Positions 1 to 13,300 are shown, numbered from the stretch's first letter. The stretch is DNA of 64,000 bases from Eledone cirrhosa (GCA_964016885.1 OZ024748.1:42904001-42968000); one strand, 5' to 3'. Numbers and translations: made by a program. Notes: a model not told the origin generated them from the letters alone.

Positions 1-489
1 CTTGGAGTGGTTTAGAGGGACCGTTGCAGGGAAATTAGTTGTAATAAGGTAACAACACACTAGAAAGCTACTATGCTGTATTGACTAAGTTCTTAGAAAC
101 TAATTGTGCCAAGCAGCTTATGGGAGTTATTTAAAATTTGTTTTGAGCTGTTTGACTATTGCTTGGTCATGGCTGACCAAGGCTAACCAAGGTCAACAAC
201 AGCTAACCAAGACTGACCTCAACTGACCTTGTCAAGGCATTAGTCCACTGATGACACCTTCCTATAATAATGTTGCTGTCTGACACAAAAGTGCAGTGGA
301 TGAATCATCATTATTTAGTATTACGATTGATTTAAAGGTTCTTGCTGCACATGTTGCATTCAATTTTTACAGCACGTGTTGCATTCAATGTAATTTATAC
401 TTTGCATGATATTGAAAGGTGGTGGTGGTGGTGGTAATTTCTTTTATAAAACAAGAATAAAAAGAGAAATTTTGATTCTAGAATAGTGT

Positions 490-770
490 GGAGGTGTGTG
501 GCCTAGTGGTAAAGGTGTTGGACTTACGATCATAATATTGTGTGTTTGATTCCTGGGTTGTGTGTTGTGTTCTTGAACAAAACACCGCATTTCACATTGC
601 TCCAGTATACTCAGTTGAAAATGGGTGCCAGCAGCAATAGCTAGGGGCTTAACCCTGTGATGGACTGGTGTCCAGTCAAGGAAGGAGGGGTCTTCTAGTC
701 TTGGTCCCTTAACACCAAGGAAACCAAGATAAGCACCGGCCTTATGAGCCTCTGGGTAGACAAGACTACA
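490..770 (+). mobile_element. tRNA-derived SINE with CORE-like domain (degraded)
   Basis: A-box-like gtggcctagtggtaaagg, B-box remnant tttgattcc, then ttcttgaacaaaacac...ttgctccagtatactcag...gatggactgg. A related copy lies at about 41630-41855. Confidence 0.7.
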
Positions 771-863
771 GTGATTTAAATTATCAAAGATGACAGAGAT
801 GACCAAGATAGTTTTCAATTGGGTGTATTAATCTTACCTATTGATTCATGGTTGATAAAGTAA

Positions 864-1165
864 GTACTCTTGGGTCTCGAATAATCCCCCATTCCCTGTG
901 CTTATTAAATTTTCCTAATCTATCTCCAGTGAAATTATATTTCAAGTAGTAGCATTCCTGCAACAATTAATTTTCTCTATACATTAAAAAACATTATACA
1001 TAACAAAAAAGTACATTACTCGAAATCTCATATTTTATAAAATAAATAGGGTGGATTGGGTCTCAATATGTAAACTAAACAACTAATTATGGTTTTTAAA
1101 AAAAAATCAAAGGAGACAACCTGGAAAAATTATCGATTCTCCTATTATTTGGGACCCGAGAGTAC
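864..1165. mobile_element. MITE with ~20-bp imperfect terminal inverted repeats
   Basis: gtactcttgggtctcgaataa at 864 is nearly the reverse complement of ttatttgggacccgagagtac ending at 1165. Confidence 0.55.
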
Positions 1166-1869
1166 CGGTAATATATATTGGTGATCCAATAAATAACAAC
1201 AAAAACGCCTCTCCTATAAAATTTGGCTTGATGCTTAAATCAAAAGAAATCAATGTTTACTAACTAGATAATATTTAAATAATCATAAATCTAAGTCATA
1301 AATTGTAATAAGTTATATAGATTTAATGAAGTGACTAGATAATGTCATGAAACCATGTTGTCACAGCTACTTGTTGTCTTTGTTAAATCAATACATTGCA
1401 GATATTCTCTCTCGTATCTGCAATTATATTGACTAAAATGGCAGACAATATATACAGTACTAACAGTAGTCAGTCCGTTAGTTAGTTAGTCGGTCGTCTC
1501 TGAACTCAGTCTAGTTGCAAATCTATCCTATATTTATGTTAAGAAATTCTCTTAACATATGTTTCAAACACCAAATTCTTGATTATTTTCAGAATTATTT
1601 GAAAATCAAAGGCAATGTTTTTCATCAGAAATACACTAATCATCATCATCATCATCATCATCTTCACCGTTTAACATCTATTTTTCGTTGTATCATTGGT
1701 AGATGAGTTGTCCCATTTGAGTTAAGTAAAAAGACCATGTGTTTCTGGTTGGGTTTCTATGGCCGAATGCCCTTCCTAACACCAACCACATTTACAGTGT
1801 GTACAGAAAAAAACCTTGTAGTCTAACTTCAGTTTCTTAGTATCATTAATATGTTGTCCTGAGATTTCT

Positions 1870-2190
1870 TGTTCTTCATCTTCATCTTCGCCCACTTATT
1901 CCTGAGAGGGTCATGGGTGGGGACAGTCCTCAAACACTCCTTCAAGCAGGTCCTGTCAGAAGCAACCATCTCCAACTGATCCAGCTGGATCCCCCAAGTG
2001 AGACCAGCCAAGCTCATGGATGTTATCCAACCATCTTGCTCGGGGTCTATCCCTGAGTCTCCTACCTGTTGGTTTTGCCTGTAAAATCTGTCCAGCAATT
2101 CTTTCCTGAGACATTCTAACATGTCCATAGTATCAGAGCTGTGGTCTCTCAATTCGGAGAAGTAGTGGCTCTACCTGGAGTGACTCTGAT
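1870..2190 (-). mobile_element. RTE-clade LINE 3' fragment (family 1)
   Basis: Minus strand carries frameshifted pieces of YYGH..RM / RPRxRPRARWLDNI / ASDRTCxKECL and a gaagat-type tail. Homologous copies at 11370, 13660 and 53610. Confidence 0.8.
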
Positions 2191-2554
2191 CTATAATCAC
2201 AATTTACTTGTCTTTTCAGTATTGCCAACTGTTAAATGTTTGTCATAGTTTTATCTTGAGCTGAAGAAATTCCAATGATTCAATAAAATCAACATCCTCT
2301 TTTGCTGCTGTTAGATATTTTTACTTGGTTAACGATGAAAAGACAGAAAAATTACTGATAGTTTACAGTGAACTGAAATGAAATGTTCCCTCCCAAAATA
2401 ACACAAATTCTTTTCAGTCTACCTACCCACCTACCTACCTACCTATCTATCAGAATTATTTTGATCTTTGTAACTAAATTGGTTAGCAACTAAAGATTTA
2501 ATGTTCTAAGTTGATTTTTGTTATAATCATATTTGACCTTCGTTGTTTAATTTC

Positions 2555-2780
2555 TTAACCCTATCGTTACCATACTTCTAATGTAGGATTCTGTCTAACC
2601 CTTTCATTACCATATTTCTAATGAAAGACACTGTTTATGTCATTAACCCTTTCATTACCATATTTCTAATGAAAGACTGTCTATGTCATTAACCCTTTCA
2701 TTACCATATTTCTAATGAAACACACTGTCTATGTCATTAACCCTTTCATTACCATATTTCTAATGAAACACACTATCTCT
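2555..2780. repeat. ~47-bp tandem repeat (about 5 copies) of a TTAA-CCCTTT MITE terminus
   Basis: Unit ttaaccctttcattaccatatttctaatgaaa(g/c)acactgtctatgtca. Confidence 0.8.
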
Positions 2781-3238
2781 GATTTTCAAATAATTTTTTA
2801 AATAAAGAAATTGGAGTGATTTAGTCATATAACTAACTTTTTCATTATTAAGCTAGTGCTTGGAACATAGCTTCACAAAGGTTCTTACATAAAACACTTT
2901 AAAATAAAGTTTTGTTTCCTAGCACAAACTACTTAACATTCAGTTCATAATAACAACAACAGCAGCAACAATAATATAAACAAAACTGAAAGTGTTTGAG
3001 AGCCACACTTGAGTCAAAGAGTTGCAGGTTCCTGATTTAGCTGGACAATGTTATATAGAATGTATGAAGCAGAACAATATCTCTTGAGTTCTTGTGTGAT
3101 AAATTTGATCCATCACCATGGGTCGGATGGCTTGTTTTCAGCTTAGCATTTTTATCCTTGTCACGTTCCTTCATCATCTCTTCTGGGAGTTCCACCAATT
3201 AGTATGTAAGTCTATATATATACATACATATATGTATG

Positions 3239-3289
<51 letters not shown>

Positions 3290-3486
3290 TTACATGTTTA
3301 TCTATCAAGGCATATGCCTTATCTACTAACTATACACATGTTCCTGACAACCAGTTTTCATGAGCTGTGGATTATTTTGAAGTATAGACTAATACAGCTT
3401 TGCCAAACACCCTACCACCCTACCATTCTACCATTCCCATTTTGGTATATCGACTTGGAGAGGAAATATAAAAGAAATATTTTTAA

Positions 3487-3693
3487 CCCTTTAACATTCA
3501 CATTACTCTATATATACTATTGTATTTTCATGGTAAAGGCTTTATCTCACATAATACCGAATCTATGAGATTTTGAAAGTATTTATTTTGAGAACAATAC
3601 CTTAACATCAGTTTGAGCGACCAGTTACAGCCAGTTTCAACAGAAAGAGGTAGAGAATTCTGGCCGGTTTTGGCCGGTTTGAACATTAAAGGG
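3487..3693. mobile_element. piggyBac-like MITE (~205 bp)
   Basis: TTAA|CCCTTTAACATT ... ATTAAAGGG|TTAA: TTAA target duplication and CCCTTT termini. Same family as 16203 and 16675. Confidence 0.8.
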
Positions 3694-3879
3694 TTAAGTG
3701 TGTTGAAAGAAACACTCTGGGTTCTTTGTTAGAAATGATAGGTTTTCTATAATGATGTCAGAAACTCAATTTATTGGAAATGAATGCTTATCAAGATAAT
3801 TATTGTTTTTAAATGTCAAAATGACACGGCTTAATGTCAATAAAAATTTGATCTAAAGCATTTTATTTCTTCAACAAGT

Positions 3880-4072
3880 GTCACGACAAAAGCACCCGGC
3901 ACATACTGTAAATGTGGTTGGTGTTAGGAAGGGCATCCAACTGTAGAAACCAAGCGAAAATCTGACCCCGGGTGAGCTAAACATGGTTCTCTGACCTGAT
4001 TCTCTCCCTAAGGGTTAATCTATTCTACTCATGCTAGTGTGGAAGATGGACGTTAAATGATGATGATGATGT
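3880..4072 (+). mobile_element. SINE 3' part with RTE-type (TGA)n tail
   Basis: aaaagcacc...gtggttggtgttaggaagggcatcc...catgctagtgtggaagatggacgttaaatgatgatga. Related copies at 26926 (-) and 35860 (+). Confidence 0.7.
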
Positions 4073-4189
4073 TTGGGGCCATTTTTCTATATAAAGCAAA
4101 GGTTAGCTTAGCAGGAGTGTGATAGGACCTTTTTTTATTTTAGCAATGTTTGGTTTTGGTCATGTCTTCAGGGATGTAGCTATACTTAC

Positions 4190-4620
4190 CACACCACTGC
4201 TACCACCACCATAACACTACTACCTGCACCACCACCACCACCATGCCACCACTACTAACTCCATCACCACCACTACTACCTTTGACACCATCACCTTCAC
4301 CACACCACCGCTACCACCACCATGACACTACTACCTCCACCACCGCTACCACCATGCCACCACTACAACCTCCATCACCACCACTACTACCTTCGACACC
4401 ACCACGATGACACCACTACCTGCACCACTGCTACCACCATGTCACCACTACTACCTCCAACACCACCACCTTCACCACCATGACACCACTACCTGCACCA
4501 CCACCACCATGTCACCACACCACCGCTACCACTATGCCACCATTACTACCTCCATCACCACCACCACCATGACACAACTACTTGCAACACATTACCACCT
4601 CCTCCACCACCACCACTATG
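4190..4620. repeat. Degenerate (CCA/CTA)n low-complexity repeat
   Basis: Runs of accaccaccatg and ccactactacc. Confidence 0.85.
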
Positions 4621-4737
4621 ATTAATTGTTGTTTGTTTTTTGTTTTTCCATCATTAAACTTTTCCTATTTCTATATGTGAAGTGTTACAATGATGTAATG
4701 ATGAGACAGCCTAAACATTTGTTGGTGATGTGTGTAT

Positions 4738-5110
4738 ATCTCTCTAGTTCTCTAGTGCTCTATCTCTAACTCTCTAGCGCTCTGTAACTCTCTAGCTCTC
4801 TAGCTCTCTATCTCTCTTTCTATCTTTCTAGCTCTAACTCTCTATCTCCCTATCTCTCTCTCCCTCTATCTCCCTATCTCTCTAGTTCTCTATCTTTATA
4901 TATCTCTCTAGCGCTAACTCTCTATCCCTCTATCTCTCTCTCCCTCTATCTCTCTAGCTCTAACTCTCTATTTCCCTATCTTTCTATCTCTCTGGCTCTA
5001 ACTCTCTATCTCCCTATGCCTCTCTCCCTCTATCGCTCTATGCCTCTCTCCCTCTCTCTCTCTATGCCCCTATCCCCCTATCTCTCTAGTTCTCTATCCC
5101 TCTATCCCTT
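4738..5110. repeat. CT-rich degenerate microsatellite
   Basis: Repeated ctctatctctc and ctctagctctaa. Confidence 0.85.
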
Positions 5111-6124
5111 GTCCATCTGTTCTACTTTCCCTTCTAATTATCAACAGCCATCGTAATCTGGTCATTCTCTGCTCAATGTTTGGTCAATATCAAGGTTTTC
5201 ACTTCATCTTCAATAAATCATTAGATAGAGCTTGTTTTTTCTTCTTCTATTCTTTCTGTTGTGTTTTAACCTGTCATCCTATAGTGTGTTCATAGTAAAA
5301 TATTGATGGTATGGATACATTAAAAGTGGATATAAACCTGTGCTCTGTTGCCTGGAGTGGAAGATGACTAAACACCAGGCTTTGATTGACCGTTTCCGTT
5401 TTGTGGCTTGTCACCATCCACTGACCGTTTCTTTTTGTGATTAGTCACCATTAAGACCTTCTGTGCCCTTGGTCCCTTTATCATGCCTGAGGAAGGAGCC
5501 CTGCAGGGGTGGAATGGCTGGTGCAGTGGGTACTGCTGGCTATTTTCTGTGGCAAGTTTTACCGTTATGCCCATGGGGCACAACTGGGACCCAGGATGTA
5601 GAGTTTGATCCCATTTCTTCCCACCTTTTTCTCTTTTCTTATAATGTTATAAAGGTATTTTGTGATTTCAAAAATTTTAATTAAATTATCTAATGTTTAC
5701 AATAAAAAATAAAATTAAATGTAAAAATAAAAGTAAACATCAAAGAGGGGAGTTGGTGACACTCTATATATAGGTGGTATATCTCAGCTTTGGTGGATAA
5801 AAGGGTGAATACATTGCTGCAGAAAGCAACCAGCAGTACCCACTACATCAGCCTCTCCACCTTGTGGGCTTCTTCCTGAGGGAGGATGCACTGCTTCCAG
5901 TTTTGTAGAGGAAAAACATCAGCTTGGCGACCTAGGGCAGCAGAAGTCTTGGTGGTAACCGGTACAAAAGGGAAACAGTCAGTGAAATCTCGGTATTTTT
6001 AATTAACCAGGGATTAGACATCTCAGGTTTAATTAATTCCCCCACCACCCCTCTTTCCTTAATTTTCCTTAATTTTCAATCTCTGTTAATATCTTTCTCC
6101 TACTACTTGGCTTCATGACAAACA

Positions 6125-6460
6125 TATCATATGGCACTGTTTATTATATGGTACAGTTTGTCATATGAAAGTGTTTATCACATGGCACAGTTTATCATAT
6201 GGCACAGTTTATCATATGGCACAGTTTATCATATGGCACAGTTTATCACATGGCACAGTTTATCACATGGCACAGTTTATCACATGGCACTGTTTATCAT
6301 ATGGCACAGTTTATCATGTGGCACAGTTTATCATGTGGCACAGTTTATCATATAAAAGTGTTTATCACATGGCACAGTTTATCATATGAAAGTGTTTATC
6401 ACATGGCACAGTTTATCACATGGCACAGTTTATCACATGGAACAGTTTATCACATGGCAC
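6125..6460. repeat. 17-bp minisatellite, about 20 copies
   Basis: Unit atggcacagtttatca(c/t). Confidence 0.95.
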
Positions 6461-7040
6461 AAATCCTGCCGAGGTTAACTTTGCCTTTCATCCTTACGGC
6501 ATTTGATAAAATAAAGTACCAGTAATGCACTGGGTAATTGCTGGCCTTGTGTCAAAAGTAGAAACAATTATTACTGCTACTGGTACTACTACTATTACTG
6601 TGACTGGTAACTCCTCCTCCTCTCCTTTGCCCCCCCCCCCCCTCATTACAGTAGTTAGGTATTCCTTTAACTACAACTTGTGACTCCTATTTGAAGCCCT
6701 ATTACACTTTCCCTTGGCATATTAATGATAGTGGTAGTAGTACTGGTAGTGGTAGTAGAGGTGGTGGTGGTTGTAAAGTAAACTTGCTTTATTTCCTTAT
6801 TCTTTCCTTTTTTTACTGGTTTTAATCGCTACTTAGGCCGTGCTGGGGCACAGCCTTGAAGGGATTTAGTCAATCATATTGACCCTAGTACTTTATCGAT
6901 TTCTTTTATTTGAATTGCTAAGTTACGAGACATAAAGCTAGATATAGGACCCACTGATATATCATATAGAATATCATGACTCAGAAAAATGATGGAAGTT
7001 TCGTTTTTTCTAAACACATTAAACTGATAAGATTAGAACT

Positions 7041-8920
7041 GAATATTTCCATGTAGACCTAGTTGTAGTAAAGTTTACTTAAAGAATATTTCCATGTAGA
7101 CCTAGTTGTAGTAAAGTTTATTTAAAGAATATTTCCATGTAGACCTAGTTGTAGTAAAGTTTACTTAAAGAATATTTCCATGTAGACCTAGTTGTAGTAA
7201 AGTTTATTTAAAGAATATTTCCATGTAGACCTAGTTGTAGTAAAGTTTACTTAAAGAATATTTCCATGTAGACCTAGTTGTAGTAAAGTTTACTTAAAGA
7301 ATATTTCCATGTAGACCTAGTTGTAGTAAAGTTTATTTAAAGAATATTTCCATGTAGACCTAGTTGTAGTAAAGTTTACTTAAAGAATATTTCCATGTAA
7401 ACCTAGTTGTAGTAAAGTTTATTTAAAGAATATTTCCATGTAGACCTAGTTGTAGTAAAGTTTACTTAAATAATATTTCCATGTAGACCTAGTTGTAGTA
7501 AAGTTTATTTAAAGAATATTTCCATGTAGACCTAGTTGTAGTAAAGTTTACTTAAAGAATATTTCCATGTAGACCTAGTTGTAGTAAAGTTTACTTAAAG
7601 AATATTTCCATGTAGACCTAGTTGTAGTAAAGTTTACTTAAAGAATATTTCCATGTAGACCTAGTTGTAGTAAAGTTTATTTAAAGAATATTTCCATTTA
7701 GACCAAGTTGTAGTAAAGTTTACTTAAAGAATATTTCCATGTAGACCTAGTTGTAGTAAAGTTTATTTAAAGAATATTTCCATGTAGACCTAGTTGTAGT
7801 AAAGTTTACTTAAAGAATATTTACACGTAGACCTAGTTGTAGTAAAGTTTATTTAAAGAATATTTCCATGTAGACCTAGTTGTAGTAAAGTTTACTTAAA
7901 AAATATTTCCATGTAGACCTAGTTGTAGTAAAGTTTATTTAAATAATATTTCCATGTAGACCTAGTTGTAGTAAAGTTTACTTAAAGAATATTTCCATGT
8001 AGACTTAGTTGTAGTAAAGTTTACTTAAAGAATATTTACACGTAGACCTAGTTGTAGTAAAGTTTACTTAAAGAATATTTCCATGTAGACTTAGTTGTAG
8101 TAAAGTTTACTTAAAGAATATTTCCATGTAGACCTAGTTGTAGTAAAGTTTACTTAAAGAATATTTCCATGTAGACCTAGTTGTAGTAAAGTTTATTTAA
8201 AGAATATTTCCATTTAGACCAAGTTGTAGTAAAGTTTACTTAAAGAATATTTCCATGTAGACCTAGTTGTAGTAAAGTTTATTTAAAGAATATTTCCATG
8301 TAGACCTAGTTGTAGTAAAGTTTACTTAAAGAATATTTACACGTAGACCTAGTTGTAGTAAAGTTTATTTAAAGAATATTTCCATGTAGACCTAGTTGTA
8401 GTAAAGTTTACTTAAAGAATATTTCCATGTAGACCTAGTTGTAGTAAAGTTTATTTAAAGAATATTTCCATGTAGACCTAGTTGTAGTAAAGTTTACTTA
8501 AAGAATATTTCCATGTAGACTTAGTTGTAGTAAAGTTTACTTAAAGAATATTTCCATGTAGACCTAGTTGTAGTAAAGTTTATTTAAAGAATATTTCCAT
8601 GTAGACCTAGTTGTAGTAAAGTTTACTTAAAGAATATTTCCATGTAGACTTAGTTGTAGTAAAGTTTACTTAAAGAATATTTCCATGTAGACCTAGTTGT
8701 AGTAAAGTTTATTTAAAGAATATTTCCATGTAGACTTAGTTGTAGTAAAGTTTACTTAAAGAATATTTCCATGTAGACCTAGTTGTAGTAAAGTTTACTT
8801 AAAGAATATTTCCATGTAGACCTAGTTGTAGTAAAGTTTATTTAAAGAATATTTCCATGTAGACCTAGTTGTAGTAAAGTTTACTTAAAGAATATTTACA
8901 CGTAGACCTAGTTGTAGTAA
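7041..8920. repeat. 43-bp minisatellite, about 43 copies
   Basis: Unit gaatatttccatgtagacctagttgtagtaaagttta(c/t)ttaaa; starts at 7041, 7084 and so on. Confidence 0.98.
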
Positions 8921-9188
8921 CTTTTACTTGAAGCAGCCAGATAAAAAGTTAGGAGGAATTTTAATGAGCTGTGTCAAAGACATGTCAACTTTCATGGTGT
9001 TTGTACCTTGATAATATACAGAGTAGAACACTGGATGATATGTGAGGTATGGGCCCTTTCTCTGTCTGTCTAAGTACTTGGTGGAATGTGGGGCCCTTGT
9101 CTGCCTTTTTAAGTATGGTAGAATGTGGGGCACCTCCACTGCCTGTCCTAAGTACTCCGTACAATGTGAGGCCCCTTCTCTGCCTGGC

Positions 9189-9395
9189 TAGTAGTAGTAG
9201 ATCATATATTTCACTAAAGAGTAGTAGTAGTAGTTCATATATTTCACTAGGGGGTGGTGATAGTAGTAATAGTAGTAGTAGTTCATATATTTCACTAAGG
9301 GGTGGTGATAGTAGTAGTAGTTCATATATTTCACTAGGGGGTGGTGATAGTAGTAGTAGTAGTAGTAGTTCATATATTTCACTAGGGGGTGGTGA

Positions 9396-9429
<34 letters not shown>

Positions 9430-9518
9430 TCATATATTTCACTAGGGGGTGGTGGTAGTAGTAGTTCATATATTTCACTAGGGGGTGGTGAAAATAGTAG
9501 TAGTTGATATATTTCACT
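9189..9518. repeat. Compound repeat: fixed core plus variable (AGT)n
   Basis: ttcatatatttcactagggggtggtgat(agt)n, about 7 units. Confidence 0.9.
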
Positions 9519-9682
9519 TCCCATTCCGAATGTAGGTCAAATGAGAATCATTTGACCTATTTTAACTGAGCAATTGAAGTACACGTTTAATATAATATGT
9601 TGTTTAATTCAGCACAAATTAGTATAAAATAATTTAGTATTAAGATTATAATTAACTGTCTGTAATATTAAATGTTAACATG

Positions 9683-9718
<36 letters not shown>

Positions 9719-9849
9719 TGTACACACAGTTTTAAATACTATGTGTGTTTGAACTTTGGTCACTTTCACATTTTGTAATTACCAGTTCTCGTAATTAGGT
9801 TCTCCATGCTGCCATAAACATTAGACAGGTTTAGAGAAGGACCACACAT

Positions 9850-10170
9850 AGACAAGTTGACATTGAATATGTTGACAGAAGAGACTGTACATTGTACAAG
9901 TTGACAGACAGACCATACATTGGACAAGTTGACAGGAGGACCATACATTGGACAAGTTGACAGGAGGACCATACATTGGACAAGTTGACAGGAGGACCAT
10001 ACAATGGACAAGTTGACAGGAGGACCATACATTGGACAAGTTGACAGACAGACCATACATTGGACAAGTTGACAGACAGACCATACATTGGACAAGTTGA
10101 CAGACAGACCATACATTGGACAAGTTGACAGACAGACCATACATTGGACAAGTTGACAGGAGGTCCATAG
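9850..10170. repeat. 28-bp minisatellite
   Basis: Unit ggacaagttgacag(aca/gag)gaccatacatt; period 28. Confidence 0.95.
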
Positions 10171-10344
10171 ATTTGACATGTTTACAGAACCTCATTCTCC
10201 CTTTATTTACCATTATTCTTGTCTGTTGATCAGTTTTGTTCTACCCTACTATCACAGATCACCTACACACAATACTTTATTACTCAAGGTTCTCAACACC
10301 TGATTTACTTAAATAAGAGACTTTATTTTACCATTAAAGCCTCT

Positions 10345-11045
10345 GTGTGGTTTCCCGTGACTAATTTATCGTAGAATATATTTATCTGTGGTTACCTGTG
10401 ACTAATTTATGGTAGAATATATTTATCTGTGGTTTCCTGTGACTAATTTATGGTAGAATATATTTACCTGTGGTTTCCTGTGACTAATCTCTGGTAGAAT
10501 ATATTTATCTGTGGTTTCCTGTGACTAATTTATGGTAGAATATATTTACCTGTGGTTTCCTGTGACTAATCTCTGGTAGAATATATTTACCTGTGGTTTC
10601 CTGTGACTAATTTATGGTAGAATATATTTACCTGTGGTTTCCTGTGACTAATCTCTGGTAGAATATATTTACCTGTGGTTTCCTGTGACTAATTTATGGT
10701 AGAATATATTTACCTGTGGTTTCCTGTGACTAATCTCTGGTAGAATATATTTACCTGTGGTTTCCTGTGGCTAATCTCTGGTAGAATATATTTACCTGTG
10801 GTTTCCTGTGACTAATCTCTGGTAGAATATATTTATCTGTGGTTTCCTGTGACTAATTTATGGTAGAATATATTTACCTGTGGTTTCCTGTGACTAATCT
10901 CTGGTAGAATATATTTATCTGTGGTTTCCTGTGACTAATTTATGGTAGAATATATTTACCTGTGGTTTCCTGTGACTAATCTCTGGTAGAATATATTTAC
11001 CTGTGGTTTCCTGTGACTAATCTCTGGTAGAATATATTTACCTGT
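10345..11045. repeat. 41-bp minisatellite, about 17 copies
   Basis: Unit atatattta(c/t)ctgtggtttcctgtgactaat(ctct/ttat)ggtaga. Confidence 0.95.
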
Positions 11046-11349
11046 AGTGTCACACACAAGGATCTGATCTGCAACCACATTGTTACAAAGCACACTTCTT
11101 AACCACACACATGAACCTATAACACACACCTGCATATTTTCCCATCCACTAGATTCCACTCAAGGTTATGTAATCAATATATTTATATTATTGATTCTCT
11201 TTAATTAAAAAAGCTAAGTTAACTTGAGGTGTGCAACAGTCATCAAAGTACTTAGATATTCTGCCTACAATAACAATATCTTTGTTGATTGAACTTCCAA
11301 GTGAGACAATGGCATATCAAACTGGACAGAGAAATGTCTTGTACTCGCT

Positions 11350-11597
11350 TCTTCTTCTTCACCCTCTTAATCCTAGGACAGAGTCCTCAAACATTCCTTC
11401 CACCAGGTCCTGTCAGAAACAACCATCTCCAACTGATCTGACTCGATCCCCAAGTGAGACCAGCCAAGCTCATAAATGTTATCCAACCATCTTGCTCGGT
11501 GTCTACTCCTGGGTCTCTTGCCAGTTGGTTTTTGCCTGTAAAATCTGTCCAGCAATTCTTTCCTGAGACATTCTCTCCAGCGATTCTTTCCTGAGAG
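11350..11597 (-). mobile_element. RTE-clade LINE 3' fragment (family 1)
   Basis: ORF-track peptide KRPRSRHRARWLDNIYELGWSHLGI...SDRTWWKECLRTL; homologous to the 1870 copy. Confidence 0.8.
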
Positions 11598-11675
11598 CCC
11601 TGAGATGGCCTAGGGTCTTGCATATTGTTTACATACAATCCAGAGCTCTACCAAGTATAATTTATTGTGGGCTTG

Positions 11676-11885
11676 TCATGTCTTTGAAAGTGACAGGCAG
11701 ACTCTAGAGAGGTTGTGATGACTTTGAAAGACAGGCAGACACTAGAGAGGTTGTGATGTCTTTGAAAGAGACAAGCAGACACTAGAGAGGTTGTGATGAC
11801 TTTGAAAGACAGGCAGACACTAGAGAGGTTGTGATATCTTTGAGAGAGACAAGCAGACACTAGAGAGGTTGTGATGTCTTTGAGA
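11676..11885. repeat. ~40-bp tandem repeat, about 5 copies, two alternating variants
   Basis: tttgaaagacaggcagacactagagaggttgtgatg units. Confidence 0.85.
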
Positions 11886-12044
11886 CTGTTCAAGGAACCT
11901 CCCATCCCCCACTAAATATTACAAATCATTTCATCAAACACTTTATTGATTTTTGTATCGATTTTCTTTTGATACTTAAATAAAATTTACTTTTTTTAAT
12001 ACTTGATTTTATTTTTGTTATTTTCAAACTACTGATATCAATAC

Positions 12045-12400
12045 TGTGTGTGCATGACTTTTCTGTGTATGTTTGTGTGCATCTGTGTATGTATGTATTT
12101 ATCTGTGTCTATGTGTCTCTATCTGTATGTGTGTGCATATCTGTATCTCTCTCTTCTCAACCCTCAGTGTATGTGTGTCTCTATCTGTATGTGTGTGTGC
12201 ATGTCTATCTCTGCCCTCTATCTGTGTGTGTGTGCCTCTATCTCTATATGTGTATGCATGTCTATCTCTCCCCTCTATCTGTATATGTGTATGCATGTCT
12301 ATCTCTCTCCTCTATCTGTGTGCCTATATCTATATATGTGTATGCATGTCTATCTCTCCCCTCAACCCCCCCCCCCCTCTCTCTCTGTCTCACTGTTCTA
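12045..12400. repeat. TG/TC compound microsatellite
   Basis: Repeated tctatctgtatgtgtgtgcatg. Confidence 0.8.
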
Positions 12401-12949
12401 GAATGAGCATAAAATATTTGTTTAAAGTACATAATGACCAGTGATGCACATATGCAATTTCTTAGTCATATACATGCACATTCCTGCACACATTTTTGTG
12501 CATACTCTCACATTCTCTCTCACACAGTCTGTCTCTCCCTCTGGCATACATTATTTCTTTTGATCTCTCTCTCTCTCTCTTACATATTTGTATACATACA
12601 AACACAGTTGATTTTTCTCTTTCTCTCGTGTACATACACCACACATACATCTATTCATGCATACACATACAGTTGATATCTCTCTCTCTCTTTCTTTCAC
12701 ATACACTTATACATTTATGCGTACATACGTAGTTGATTTATTTATATATATATATATATCGTTTCTGAATTTGTTTAACAAGATTCTTTATCTGAAAACG
12801 TGTGTTGAAACCGATATTGTTATACTTTGGGAGGGTCATGTTGCCAATAAGAAACACACGCACCAGTTGCTTTCACTCCAATTTATTATAAATTAAATTT
12901 ATAAATTTCCGGTTGGTTGGTTCCATAACCGGATGGTTGTTCATGTATT

Positions 12950-12992
12950 GTCAAAGTTCTTTCGTCACACATTCTGTGACCTCTTCAGTGAC
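12950..12992 (-). ncRNA. Putative minimal type I hammerhead ribozyme (mirror copy)
   Basis: Exact reverse complement of 13110-13152. Confidence 0.65.
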
Positions 12993-13109
12993 TGGGGATT
13001 CTTTTCTTTGTTTTGTGCCTCTCCTTTGTTCTGTGTGTGAACACACACAAAAACAAGATAGCGTAGGACAGAACAAAGGAGAGGCACAAAACAAAGAAAA
13101 GAATCCCCA

Positions 13110-13152
13110 GTCACTGAAGAGGTCACAGAATGTGTGACGAAAGAACTTTGAC
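13110..13152 (+). ncRNA. Putative minimal type I hammerhead ribozyme
   Basis: gtca-CTGAAGA-g-gtcaca(gaatg)tgtgac-GAAA-g-aa-c-t-t-tgac. Helix I gtca/tgac, 6-bp helix II, very short helix III, CUU triplet, one extra nucleotide after A9. Confidence 0.65.
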
Positions 13153-13300
13153 AATATATGAACAACCGTCTGGTTATGGAACCAACCAACCAACCGGAAA
13201 TTTATAAATTCTTAAATTTATAAATTTAATTTATAATAAATTGGAGTGAAAGCAACTGGTGCGTGTGTTTCTTATTGGCAACATGACCCTCCCAAAGTAT

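Noticed and set aside
243-300. Hammerhead-like tcca-CTGATGA...caaaa...gtgga
   Set aside because: No intact GAAA box or convincing helix II; at best a decayed relic.
3100-3205. Exon-like stretch ending in gtaag
   Set aside because: The minus strand matches a decayed RTE 3' end (gagatgatgaagga.cgtgacaag), and there is no CLASP similarity.
5340-6000. GC-richer unique-looking segments as a possible CLASP first coding exon
   Set aside because: The frames I checked gave no CLASP N-terminal similarity (such as W...SN(F/Y)K before a donor) and contain stops.
7041-8920. CRISPR-like regular arrays (also 10345, 24133, 56787)
   Set aside because: Units are contiguous with no unique spacers, there are no cas genes, and the context is eukaryotic.
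8985-9524. Leu/Pro, Ser/Gly and Tyr-rich ORFs
   Set aside because: They are translations of the (AGT)n compound repeat.
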